Positions 26,748-39,339 of a stretch of DNA of 64,000 bases are shown piece after piece (the stretch's first letter is position 1; every line of letters starts with the position of its first letter). Position numbers and translations under genes: made by a program. This stretch comes from Octopus sinensis (taxonomy: Eukaryota): positions 16,988,001 through 17,052,000 of the forward strand of contig NC_042998.1 in NCBI RefSeq assembly GCF_006345805.1, given 5' to 3'. Below the pieces are notes generated by a model, which worked only from the letters and a program-made list of their open reading frames with translations, made no database searches and was not told the origin of the DNA.

Positions 26748-26887
26748 TTAATAATGGACTGCTAAGTCCAAAAATTGGAAAATTGAAAGAGGTTTAATAC
26801 CTCGTCTTGCATTTTTATTAATAATGGACTGCTAAGTCCAAAAATTGGAAAAATTGTAAGAGGTTTAATACCTCGTTTTGTGTTTAT
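26748..26887 (+). repeat. Tandem 70-bp duplication in the 3' UTR of copy 1
   Basis: TTAATAATGGACTGCTAAGTCCAAAAATTGG... starts at 26748 and at 26818. It is single in copy 2. Confidence 0.9.
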
Positions 26888-27054
26888 CTTTAAAAAGAAC
26901 AATGTTTTAGAGAAGCGAAAGTCGGCGGGCGCTTTTTGTCTTCTCCCATCCTTATCATCTGTCTTTCATTATCATTCACTTCATTAACGTCCTCGTCCAG
27001 CCCGCAAAGCTAACTTAATCTGTGTACTGCCTTTATGGCAAATGTTTTGAAATA

Positions 27055-27440
27055 AAGTAGCTTGCTAACCAACCACATGGTCCCGGGTTCAGTCCCACTG
27101 CGTGGCATCTTGGGCAAGTGTCTTCTGCTATAGCCTCGGGCCGACCAATGCCTTGTGAGTGGATTTGGTAGACGGAAACTGAAAGAAACCAGTCGTATAT
27201 ATGTATATATATGTGTGGGTTTGTGTGTATGTGTTTGTGTGTCTGTGTTTGTCCCCCTAGCATTGCTTGACAACCGATGCTGGTGTGTTTACGTCCCCGT
27301 CACTTAGCGGTTCGGCAAAAGAGACCGATAGAATAAGTACTGGGCTTACAAAGAATAAGTACTGGGGGTATTTGCTCGACTAAAGGTGGTGCTCCATCAT
27401 GGCCGCAGTCAAGTGACTGAAACAAGTAAAAGAGAAAAGA
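27055..27440 (+). mobile_element. Remainder of the host family-1 SINE (right TSD, box B, body, tail)
   Basis: AAGTAGCTTGCTAACCAACCACATGGTCCCGGGTTCAGTCCC...GCCGCAGTCAAGTGACTGAAACAAGTAAAAGAG. Confidence 0.9.
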
Positions 27441-27593
27441 GAGAGACAGAGATACTCAGAAAAGTATTAGGAGTTCAAAAAAGTCATGTTTGTTAGTATA
27501 TATATACACAGAAGGAGATACATTTAGGAGTTTACAAAGAATTATTTGTAAACTTCCCAGATAGAAACGCGCGTAAAATTAATAGTAGAGAAA

Positions 27594-27860
27594 CTAAAAT
27601 AAAAGGGAGATAACTGAGAAAGAATTGAAAGTCAACGTTAGACCATAATCATGTAAAGCGGATAAATATAATAAATAATCCAGAATCCTTGTCCGTTGCT
27701 GGATCGATTCCAAAACCTAATCAGTTCGTGCCAGTTGCGAGGCCAAACTTCCTTGAAAGTTTCATCCGAATGCATCCATCATTTCTTGAGATATCTTGTC
27801 CACGGTCAAACAAACAAATATGATGAAACAATACAACCACCTTCGCTACGGTGTGGGCAA
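27594..27860 (+). repeat. Dispersed repeat, copy 2 (longer)
   Basis: Matches 24010-24181 and extends further to about 27860. Confidence 0.8.
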
Positions 27861-28509
27861 TAATGATAATGATAATAATGATAATAATAAAATGATGAAA
27901 TAAAAAATAATAGAATAAGATAAAAGTAATAAGAGAAAAATAATGAAAAATCTCAAAATTGTGTTTCTTAGAGATAATACTTACCCGAGAATCTCTCTAA
28001 GCACTTGGACATTTCAAAACGAGTTGACTTAGCTGCTGAGTTGATGTTGCGGTGCCCTCTTCCACCATGCATCAGGCAGAAAAAGTGGTTTAGGTGTGAC
28101 AGAAGTCTGCCCGCCTCAAATAATGCCAATGGCATGCCTGATGATAAAATATTTTGTCCTATTTGTTATAACATAACCATCACCACTCTATATGGAATAT
28201 ATCACGACACAATGGGATTTACAAAGAAAATTCTGTACGCAGATCAAGTCAAATGAGTATTTTATAGAGGAAAAAGCTACACATAAGAGTATGGAATGTT
28301 ATTGATAAGAACACAGTGTTAAATCTCAATGAATTAATTCGATTTTCTCAAGTCCTCTAAATCAGGATATTCCTGGTCTATACATGAACCCACTGATTCT
28401 CCTTGTAGGTAATACTATAAAACTATCATATACAGAAATTAAATAACTGTCTTCCTGTTATATATATGCGTGTGTGTATATAAATATATATAAATACATA
28501 CACACACAC

Positions 28510-28575
<66 letters not shown>

Positions 28576-29669
28576 ACGTATACCCATATAGCATACACAC
28601 ACGTGTGTGTGTGTGTGTGAACGTCTTCAAATGTTCCTGAAAGGTTTGTTTGCATCACTGCAGTTCTTGACCCTGTATGAAATAAATAATTCATTACTTT
28701 TGCCAAACTTATAAGTGTCTGAAAATTTGATATATATTTTATTTAATCACACACATGATAATTTAAGTAAACTGTACCATATTTTAAATAGGTGAACGGA
28801 AAAAAAAAATTGAATAAATTGGAAAACAGTATATCCTTATACACTGGAACTCCAAAATCATATAATAAAATACAGTCTGTCTGAATATTTATTGAACGTT
28901 TCTCTTTCTCAATATAAAGCAGATCAAATTTCCGTTTCATTATTTTCTTTTTTTTTAATATACTGTCTGATGGCTGCGGTGGGGAGTTATTTATCTTTAA
29001 AATCAATAAACGGTATAATTCCACAAACAAACGGTATGCAGTGAAAAATAAAGAAACAAACGAACGTACATTCAGCCTGATTATTGAGTTAGTGATAGTC
29101 TGAATAGCGAAAACGGTTCAATATAGGTATATAAAGAAGAGATAAAGAATTGATCGTCAAGAATTCAGTAAATAAAAGATTAAAAGGAAAAGAAAATTGC
29201 GATGAAATAGCAGACAGATATGTGCAAGTAGATTAACTTCAAATATAATGGATGATAGGGAAATCGAAAACTTCTAATTGAAACACTGGAAAAAATTACT
29301 TTTTTTGTTTTTCTTTATTCTATGGATTGGCATTATGTTAAAAGTATTCTCTTATTTAAAGCGTTCGCATTGTTCATTAGTTGTTTACGAAACCGATAAA
29401 GAGTAAAATCCATAATGAGATTTTTCTTTTCTTAAGTATTAAATTCGTATAGTCTGTGTGCGGCTGGTGATGTGCTAACGTTCATTCATGTGACAAGAGT
29501 GGATGACATTTTTTTCAATTTACTCTCATTCTAGTTTTAAATACTTATCTCTAACTTTGCTACTTTATATGTAAGGTCTACAGAATTTGGTTGATTCAGG
29601 TTATATCGAATGTGTTATTAAATCAACAGTTCAGCATGATTTGGTTAATATTCAGTTTACATATATATA

Positions 29670-30070
29670 CAGAAGTGACTGTGTGGTAAGTAGCTTGCTT
29701 CCAAACCTCATGGTTCCGGGTTTAGTCCCACTGCGTGGCACCTTGGCCAAGTGTCTTCTACTATAGCCTCGGGCCGACCAATGCCTTCTGGTTGGATTTG
29801 GTAGATGGAAACTGAAAGAAGCCCGTCGTAAATACGTATACATTTTTATATGTATGTGTGCTTCTGTGTCAGTGTTTGTCCCCACCATCGCTTGACAACC
29901 AATGATAGTGTGTTTACGTCCCCGTAACTTAGCGGTTCGGCAAACGTGTCCGATAGAATAAGTACTAGGGTTACAAAGAATAAGTTCTGGGGTCGATTTT
30001 TTCAACTAAAGAGGCGGTACCCCAGCATGGCCGCAGTCAAATAACTGAAACAAGGAAAAGTATAAAAGAA
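29670..30070 (+). mobile_element. Family-1 tRNA-derived SINE, uninterrupted (empty target site)
   Basis: GTGACTGTGTGGTAAGTAGCTTGCTTCCAAACCTCATGGTTCCGGG; the target sequence is present once (29688-29702). Confidence 0.9.
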
Positions 30071-30227
30071 TATATATATATATAAGTTCAGCAAAAATTT
30101 AGATTCAGATGAATATGGTACCAAAGTTAAAGGCACCAGAATTTGCTATGGTATTATCCGTATAATTCAAATGGGGTGATTATAATCAAAATAAGCAACA
30201 AGGATATCCTTGTTGCTTATTTTGATT

Positions 30228-30315
<88 letters not shown>

Positions 30316-30649
30316 ACAAACATTTTTAAAGGAACGTCTACGTTTATTCCACCGACTTCAGTGCCCTTTACAGCTTTAGGCTTTTCTTGTAGTAATAGCA
30401 CTTAAGATAATAATGTATTTTATATTTAAAGGAACAAAATTATATAGGTTATATTAATTTTATCCTTAATTAGTTTTCCATTCTAGCTACTTGCTAAATC
30501 TTACATTTTAAAATTAAACTGGATTTAATTCAGTGCTGAATTGTTCCGATTATATACGTGCGGTCGAGATGAACATGAGAAGCCCCCTTTCATGGATATA
30601 TGTGAACATTTGTATATGCTCTTGTGGATTTGTTGCTGTTCGCTTGGTA

Positions 30650-31017
30650 TACTCTTTTACTCTTTTACTTGTTTCAGTCATTTGACTGCGGCCATGCTGG
30701 AGCACCGCATTTAGTCGAGCAAATCGACCCCGGGACTTATTCTTTGTAAGCCCAGTACTTATTCTATCGGTCTCTTTTGCCGAACCGCTAAGTGACGGGG
30801 ACATAAACGCACCAGCATCGGTTGTCAGGCAATGCTTGGGGGACAAACACACACACACATACACATACATACGACAGGTTTCTTTCAGTTTCCGTCTACC
30901 AAATCCACTCACAAGGCATTGGTCGGCCCGGGGCTATAGCCCAAGATGCCACGCAGTGGGACTGAACCCGGAACCGTGTGGTTGGTTAGCAAGCTACTTA
31001 CCACACATCCACTCCTG
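30650..31017 (-). mobile_element. Family-1 SINE, uninterrupted (empty target site)
   Basis: Reverse complement of head, body and tail; site at 30985-30999. Confidence 0.9.
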
Positions 31018-31491
31018 TTGATATTATATTTATATTCTCTCTTCCTGTTATACCGATGATTTTAGAGGTTATTATACATGCTGACCATGGAATCATTAAT
31101 GATATACGGCTAAACCATTTTTATAGGTACTTCCTCCATAATCATTCCACCGATTTCGGTGCCCGTGAAAGGTTACTGAAGTACTTTGTCTTTAGAGACC
31201 CTTTAAAGTGTGAGGCCTTAGTTATAGTAATAGTCCTTGATGTAATAATATGTATATACATAACATAGGGTAAAATTAATTAATAATATTACCAATTAGA
31301 CCGTACGTTTAAAAAACCTTTTTAGGTAAATTATACAAAATATTCTATAATTATATACATTATTATAATCAGGAGTCAGTTACACGCCTCACCACGTACT
31401 GAATTAGAAATAGACGCTAATGCCTTTTCAGCAACCATAAAAATCTTCGAGACAATAACACACTTTTGGTATGTCGGTAACTTCTGTTAAT

Positions 31492-31542
31492 TACAGACGC
31501 GTTTCGAACTTAAGTAAATTATTATTTGTCATCCTCAGTGTA
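31492..31542 (-). ncRNA. Minimal type I hammerhead motif of Penelope-like type
   Basis: Minus strand: uaca CUGAGGA u gac[...]guuc GAAACGCGUC|ugua. Palindromic stem III (ACGCGU), GUC triplet, weak stem II. Confidence 0.6.
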
Positions 31543-32202
31543 GTAATCCTAGTTAAAACTTTGCGAGTATTAGGATTAAATATGCACGCGATCAATGTAA
31601 TTATGGCATAATTCGAAACGCATCTGTGATTAACTGAAGTTGTGTGAACTCATCATTTTTGCTTTCTACTTACATAAAAAAGTGTGTTCTTAATTAGAAG
31701 CGAAAAACAAAGCTGTTTTTATTTTAGAGCTAAGTTTTCTAACTTACAAAAATAATATTACTGCAATTATTTTTGGGAGTACCTGTAAATGCTTTGGTTA
31801 ATTAAACTTAGTAATTCGTAGTAGTCACCTACAAAACAACAGCGTGCAATAATCTCATGTAAAATTTAAAGAATCCATCCATTTGCTTATGAAATACTTC
31901 GTGTACAAAATGCCATAGGTGACGACTGTTTATGAACATTTACATGGCATAATTAAATACAATAACATCTGACTAAATGAGCTCTCCTAACAGAGTTACT
32001 GATGTAGCTAATGAAACAATGTGGCGCAAATCCATATGAAGAGGGACGCAAAAATAATGGAATTATGACAACACCATCTCGCATAACGCAGTAATCGATC
32101 ATGTAAGAGAACAAGAGAATGGTCAGAGGCCAGTGGCATCAGCAAAATACACAGACACATACGCGTGTATGTATGCATGCATGTATGTATGCATGTGTGC
32201 AA

Positions 32203-32246
<44 letters not shown>

Positions 32247-32796
32247 ATAATAAAAGGGTAAAATCAATTATTTATTAATTAATTTCACCAAGTAGTGTTC
32301 AGTATGTAAAAGGACCATTCAAGGTGAGCCCTCATTATATAACGTTATATATATATATATTATATATATACAACTAATGTAGGATAATTTTTTTTTTTTT
32401 GAAAAAATTTTATCAATGGCCAGCATATAAAAAAAAATACCTTTAAGGTAATACGGTAATAACGGATTTTTTAGAAATTGCTATTGGCTTGTTTCGAGAC
32501 GCATTAATTATAATGGTTATTGGCAATTTTGTCTTTTTTTTCGGCATATTTGGCATTAGAATCTTTCTTTTGCCCTTATTTTATATATATATATAATATA
32601 TATATTATATATATATGACTATAAATTTAGAAGATATTGTGTGCAAAATTATGTATGTGATCAAAAAGAGCAACGTCACAAACTAGAACGAAGCCATTCA
32701 TTTTAGCATCTCGCATCTCTTCTCTCTGTATTACTATATCACAACCGTTACTCACATGTATACACATGTGCGTAAACATGTGACCGTGTGCTTGCG

Positions 32797-32831
<35 letters not shown>

Positions 32832-32869
32832 AGATATGTATTGATACATAGACAGACAGGTAGATAGAG

Positions 32870-32987
32870 ACATAGACAGATAGATAAACAGGCATAGAGA
32901 GACAGACATATAGATAAATAGATAGTTAGATATATAGATAGATAGGTCGATAGATAGATAGATAGATATATAGATAGACAGATAGAC

Positions 32988-33020
<33 letters not shown>

Positions 33021-33061
33021 TATATATATATATATAGATAGATAGATAGATAGATAGATAG

Positions 33062-33160
<99 letters not shown>

Positions 33161-33175
33161 CAGACAGATAGATAT
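32870..33175. repeat. (TAGA)n microsatellite
   Basis: Direct inspection. Confidence 0.95.
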
Positions 33176-34343
33176 GAACATTAGTGTATCCCTTTACATA
33201 TATTAACATGCATACATATATAAACACTAAGACAGTGTTAGCATGATTTCGTGCGTACTTGTATACGCTCATGATGTTTAATTCGATTTGGTTTTCAAAT
33301 GAACATAAGTGATATGAATGCGATGTCATTTACTGAACACACCGTCCAGTAATTGCATTACTCGTTTCTCTAGTCTAGTTTATGGAGAGACAATTTATTC
33401 AATGTCAAATATGTCTCAGATTAGGAAGCAATAATAACTCATATCTCTCGAAATATGTTTGTAAAGTAAATATTTAGGTGCCCCTTCATTATAATGTCTA
33501 CTAAATTTGATTTAATCTAGGTATTTTGCTACCGATGAAACAATTTAACCGAAACTCCAGTATGCTGTTTCTGCTCATATCCAGATTATTTGATATAGAA
33601 TTCCATAGGTTACGATTCAAAGCCAAGAGAAATAATTTCCCAATTTCCCATCTCGGTGGCGCAAATAATTTATCCAGGGAATTGTGTTACATAATCTATT
33701 ATCAGCTTATGATGTTTAAATTGAAGAGTATACTTACGTATTGGACATGATATGCTATATATTTTATGTTCATATTAGAGAAATAATTACGCATAAAATT
33801 ACACTTTCACGGGTATCTACCAAATTTTACAATGTCCACGAACAATGATATGAAATAAACGAGAGTCAACCACCTATGTGTCATAAAGTTTATGAACTAT
33901 AATACCTTGAATATTTCATAAAATACTTATTCTCCAAAAAATTGGGTGTGTATCTCATGTAATCAGAAATGCACTTGTACCACTAAACATTTAATGTGCT
34001 TTCAGTAAACTTATTTCGCCGTATATTTCATATGACAGAAATTGGTATGTGGATTTGAGTTATAAAAAATTATATGTCTTGCCTTCTGACCTCAACTGAA
34101 GATTAAATAAAACGCTTCTTAGGCAATTGAAAACCGGTGAAAAATCCATCCGAACGGTACTAATTACTAATTTCTTTCAGCGAAAACAAAAGACGTATTT
34201 AGCAGAAAGAAATACTCTTCATGAACACAAACTAATTATAACTTTTGAGACACCTGAACTCGCAGAGGAGATGGACGAAAAAAGTACACAAAAAGAATTA
34301 TTCTATCTGATGCCCTAAAAGCTGATCACAAATACGCTATATA

Positions 34344-34737
34344 TCTTTATATATAAAAGTCAAGTTGTGTGTCTCCCACGATTTATATTCCTAACTACTC
34401 CCACATTTTGCGGTGCAGTTTAAGCAAAACCGGGTATCTTATAGTCGTGATTCATATCGAGCCCTTCTGGGTATTAGCGCGCGTCTACGATGAGTCTACG
34501 ATTTTTTAAAGAAATTACCATCATTTTTTTCCATTTTAATGCATTTTGTCGCTATTATATAAGGGAAGTAACTCTCTACAAATGTCTACGATGAGTCAAC
34601 GATTTAAAAAAAAAAATTACCATCATTTTTTTTCCATTTTTAATGCATTTTTTCTATTTTTTTGGCTATAACTTTCTAAAAATGCTTATATAGTTATTTC
34701 CCTTACAAACCCGAGCGACGCCGGGCGATACCGCTAG
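34344..34737 (+). mobile_element. Non-autonomous Helitron-like element
   Basis: A|TCTTTATATATAAAAG ... CCCGAGCGACGCCGGG hairpin ... CTAG|T, inserted in an AT dinucleotide. Has an internal duplication of the TCTACGATGAGTC...TTAATGCATTTT block. Same family as 516-780. Confidence 0.8.
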
Positions 34738-35222
34738 TTTTAAATAGAAACATACATAGAAATTCATAGAGAGAATATCAGTCTTTTAATAGTTTAATAC
34801 TATTATATATATTAACACACAATTTATATCTTTTTAGTCTTGTTTGAAATAAACATTACTTCAAGAACAAGAAAGCACATTGCAACATGATTACGAATCC
34901 ATGTACTTCTAACGTCCTTTGTAGTGTTTATCCAAGCTACTAACGAGTACATTTTGGCAACTCTGATTTTCCATATCACTGTCCTTTTGTGCGAAACAAA
35001 TTGTATCGCAACATGAGTAATAAAAACTATAATCAATTTTAACATCTAGCCTCTTCTATTTACATATCTATGAATGAATTTATTGAACTGTGTTTAAGAA
35101 GTTAAATCATATACTGCGTATTTGTATATAGGTCTTCATATCTACGCTAATTTACACTAGTAAATTAAGAAGTAATGTATGAAGAAACAACGTTAGAAAT
35201 CTTTGGAAATTACTCTAATTTT

Positions 35223-35301
<79 letters not shown>

Positions 35302-35303
<2 letters not shown>

Positions 35304-35520
35304 TTTTTTTACTTGTTTCAGTCATTTGACTGTGGGCATGCTGAAGCACGCCTCTAGTTGAACAAATTGACCTCACGACTTATTCTATCGGTTTCTTTTG
35401 CCGAACGGCTAAGTTACGGGTACGTAAACACACCAGCATCGGTTGTCAAGCGATGTTGGGGACAGAAACACATACACACAAACGTATACACACATATATA
35501 TACATACACACACACGCACA
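35302..35520 (-). mobile_element. Family-1 SINE, 3' half only
   Basis: TTTTACTTGTTTCAGTCATTTGACTG...GCCGAACGGCTAAG...CGGTTGTCAAGCGATG; head missing. Confidence 0.75.
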
Positions 35521-35526
35521 TACATA

Positions 35527-35606
<80 letters not shown>

Positions 35607-36820
35607 TCGTTAGCAATCAGTCTTGAAGCTACTGGCTACTATATGAAATAATCTTTCTTCAATTCCTTCTTTACGTACGGAGAAATGTTGACATTAATAT
35701 TCCAATTGCTGATGTGTATGCAATTTATAAAATATATACATTTAGTATGTATCATTGAGTTAACAACTCAGTCGTCGTCGTAATGGATGTGTATTCAGTT
35801 ACAAAGTATTGTGTAACCTGTGGAAGATGTATTCGACATTGTTATCATCCTTCGTATCAAGTTTCTTTTCTTTTAGTGCAAGTGAATTGAAACCTGTTGA
35901 TCTGAGAATCTGATCCATATAAAATTAAAAGCAAATATTTTCCAGAATGCTTTTATTGGTCACACGTCTCGGCTATAAGAATCAGGAATATTACAATGCA
36001 TTTCATCTCTGTCTTCTTGGTTTCGCAAGGATCTTCCTCATTGCGACATTACTTGTTCAATGTTTTTTCATACAATAACAGTTTAGTTTTCCTAAGCTAA
36101 ACAATCTAAATAATAAAGGAAATGGAAGTTTCAGTATTTACGAAGAACGTGCTTTTATCGTAATATTACGATTCCGGACAATATGTAACTTTTACAAATA
36201 GCATTTTATGTTGAGTTTGCGTTTCCTGTCTCCTTATTCAAACAGCAGTGTAAAAAGCAACGAGGCATAGTTTGAATGCACGTAGTTGATATTTTAATGG
36301 AATGAGTCACATGGACTACACATTATTTTCACGCATCGTGTAAGTGGTAATGCTTGGAGACGTTCGAATTTAACATCTGACATGATTGCCGGAAATTCTG
36401 CCGATTATGGAATGCATATTCGGCAAAGCGCCTGGGATTGGTCTTATATTTCAAATGTAACAATGAAAGTCTGTTTATGAACTAAACCAGTAAGATTATT
36501 GATGCACCATGAAGGATTGTAGTGCTCTGATAACGTCTCTCTCACTAGTCTATTTGGTAATGCTCTTCATCAGTCCATAGATATGCTGCATTCTACACTC
36601 AAACATGCACACACTCACACAAATACATATATTAAAAAAAGAAGGAAATAGTCAGAATTTGAATAAATACTTCATACAGAGCACAGTCATCTCCTTCAGG
36701 GATTCGTCATAAATTGTGGGCTGTTGAGTTTGTTTACCTTTACTCTTTTACTCGTTTCAGCCATCTGGCTGTGGTCATGCTGGAGTACCACCATGATATA
36801 TATATGTATCTATTTATTAA

Positions 36821-37050
36821 GGCGGCGAGCTGCCAGAAACGTTAGTACGCCGGGCGAAATGCTTAGTGGTATTTCGTCTGCTGTTACGTTCTGAGTTCAA
36901 ATTCCGTCGAGGTCGTCTTTGCCTTTCATCCTTTCGGGGTCGATAAATAAAGTACCAGTTTTGCATTGGGGTCGATGTAATTGACTTAATCTGTTTGTCC
37001 CCTCCATGTTTGTCCCATCTATGTTTAGCCCCTTGTGGGCAGTAAAGAAA
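36821..37050 (+). mobile_element. GGCGGCGAGCTG-family SINE
   Basis: Full head-to-tail match to 15283-15520. ATATATATGTATCTA is repeated on both flanks. Confidence 0.88.
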
Positions 37051-37951
37051 TATATATGTATCTAAGTGAGATGGTTAAAAATGTCACCAGGTCAATTTTT
37101 CCTTGAGGTTTGGTAAAAGTATGCTTGGGCGGGTTATTTGGGATGTTTTTTCTCATTTTGAATATCTATATGCGTAGGCATAATTGTGAGGAAAAATGTT
37201 AACCACAGTATGCGTGAGATGTTTGAGGCTTGGTGTGAGAAGAAAGGAACAAATAAAGAGTTGTTTTCTGAGATGGATGTTTCCCTGACAGATCAAAAGA
37301 GGTCTCTTTATATTAACTGCAATAAAAATTTCCTTTTAGTTGTAAAATGGCTGACAGGGATTTCAGTCTGCTTTTGAGTGGCTGCTTATTAATGCATGGG
37401 AAAAGACAAACATATGTTTTTAGCTATAGATTTCGTCAAATTGTTTCTGAAGGCTTTTAAATGTTTGTGTGTGGATTGTTTAAGATTTGATTTTACAGTA
37501 ATTTTCGTGACAGTAATAATAACATCCTAATCGGGCCGAATTGCAAAGAGAATTATATCGGTGAAACTGGAAATCTCTTTTGTCAACATGCATGAAATAC
37601 TAGGCAGCATATAATGCATATAACATAAGATACAAACATCGAGAAATACGCGGAAAAAAAAAAGATTCAAGATCATTCTATAAATGTTAAACGAAAACTT
37701 CAAAATACTGACAAAGAACACATTAAATAACCTATTACCAGACTTCCTTTTCCGAAAACCTATCAACACTAAACATGTCTAGAGAGAAGGCTTTATCAAC
37801 CGCTAGTACTACATGGCGAATACTATAGGGAATGAAAGTGCTCAGTAAATATCATTTATCCAAATTCTCACAACTTACATTTTTCATTAGTTTATGAAAT
37901 GTAAACACCAATACAAACAATGTATACACGCATAGACAGACACAAACATAC

Positions 37952-38040
<89 letters not shown>

Positions 38041-38041
<1 letters not shown>

Positions 38042-38211
38042 GAGAAAGAAGCAACAAGAATGGATTAGTTTTTAGTACAATTGTTTCATACAAAGACAGA
38101 CTTTATTAAAAGTTGCAAATATTGCAGCAGATATTGCAACTTTTAATAAAGCCTGTCTTTGTATGAAACAATTGTACTAAAAACTAATCCATACTTGTTG
38201 CTTCTTTCTCG
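38041..38211. repeat. Near-perfect 171-bp palindrome next to a (TA)n tract
   Basis: Arms of about 81 bp differ by 2 mismatches and 1 indel; loop of about 8 nt. Confidence 0.95.
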
Positions 38212-38536
38212 TTTATAATCACCCCACATTACTGTATGGTTAAAACCATATAGTTTTCTGGTGCATCTAAGTTAAGTACCGCATTCAAGTAAATTCATTA
38301 GAATTGACTTGAATCTAAATTGCTTTTATTGTATATATATATATATATATATACATATAACGTTAATCCAAACAAGAAAGCACAAAAGAAACACAACAAC
38401 GCGAGGACGTGGAAAAAATATAGTATTATTGGACACTCAGGAAAGAAGGAAAGAAGGAAAGATCCAGAGAAGGGAAGACAGGAAAAACAATCGTCAACGG
38501 TACACACGCGGTCACTATATATATATATATATATAT

Positions 38537-38576
<40 letters not shown>

Positions 38577-38934
38577 AACAGTGAAAGTTTGTATGTCTCA
38601 TATGCATATATGCACGTAAACAAGACAATCGAAGATAGAAAAGTAGGCGATGGGTGTATATGCATATTTGAAGCTCATTACTCATTGTTCAGCCCCACAT
38701 TCAGCTTATTAACTATCCAATAGCACATTGATTAAATATCAACTACGTTTAGCGATGTAACACTGTCAGGTAGACGAATTTACATATTAAACTTGATGGC
38801 TGGTACCTATATATTAATTGCTGGTAGGGACATTGTATTTCATTTTGAAACCATAATATACTACGAGGAATACTATAGGCTTATAATTCAATACTGTACG
38901 CTGTTTGTTTTGACAGTACGATACATTCAGTCAT

Positions 38935-39339
38935 CTCTTTTACTCTTTTACTCTTTTACTTGTTTCAGTCATTTTGACTGCGGCCATGCTGGAGCACCGC
39001 CTTTAGTCGAGCAAATCGACCCCGGGACTTATTCTTTGTAAGCCCAGTACTTATTCTATTGGTCTCTTTTGCCGAACCGCTAAGTGACGGGGACGTAAAC
39101 ACACCAGCATCGGTTGTCAAGTAATGCTAGTGGGACAAACACAGCAGACACACAAACACATACATATATATATATACATATAAACGACAGGCTTCTTTCA
39201 GTTTCCGTCTACCAAATCCACTCACAAGGCATTGGTCGGCCCGGGGCTATAGCTTGCCCAAGGCGCCACGCAGTGGGACTGAACCCGGGACCATGTGGTT
39301 GGTTAGCAAGCTACTTACCACACAGCCACTCCTACGCCT
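38935..39339 (-). mobile_element. Family-1 SINE, uninterrupted (empty target site)
   Basis: Minus strand AGGCGTAGGAGTGGCTGTGTGGTAAGTAGCTTGCTAACCAACCACATGG; site at 39302-39316. Confidence 0.9.

Larger units (their letters stand above)
24976..27054 (+). mobile_element. ORF1-only non-LTR-like element inserted in the SINE tRNA head (copy 1)
   Basis: Bounded by AAGTAGCTT-CTTACCA and AAGTAGCTTGCTAACCA. Has a ~550-nt 5' UTR, one ORF, and a 3' UTR ending GAAATAA. No RT, LTR or TIR. Homologous to 39988-42209. Confidence 0.85.

Noticed and set aside
24976-27054. Interpretation of the zinc-knuckle ORF element as an LTR retrotransposon or a domesticated host gene
   Set aside because: There are no LTRs, PBS or PPT, and the TSD is 15-17 bp rather than 4-6 bp. 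There are no introns, and both copies sit inside a SINE at the same site.
28005-28256. 83-aa ORF with a CxxC-like motif
   Set aside because: It has a non-ATG start, no family resemblance and no splice context.
31585-31630. Hammerhead look-alike on the plus strand (GCGATCA...AATTAT/ATAATT CGAAACGCATC)
   Set aside because: The core has non-compensated changes and stem I does not register.
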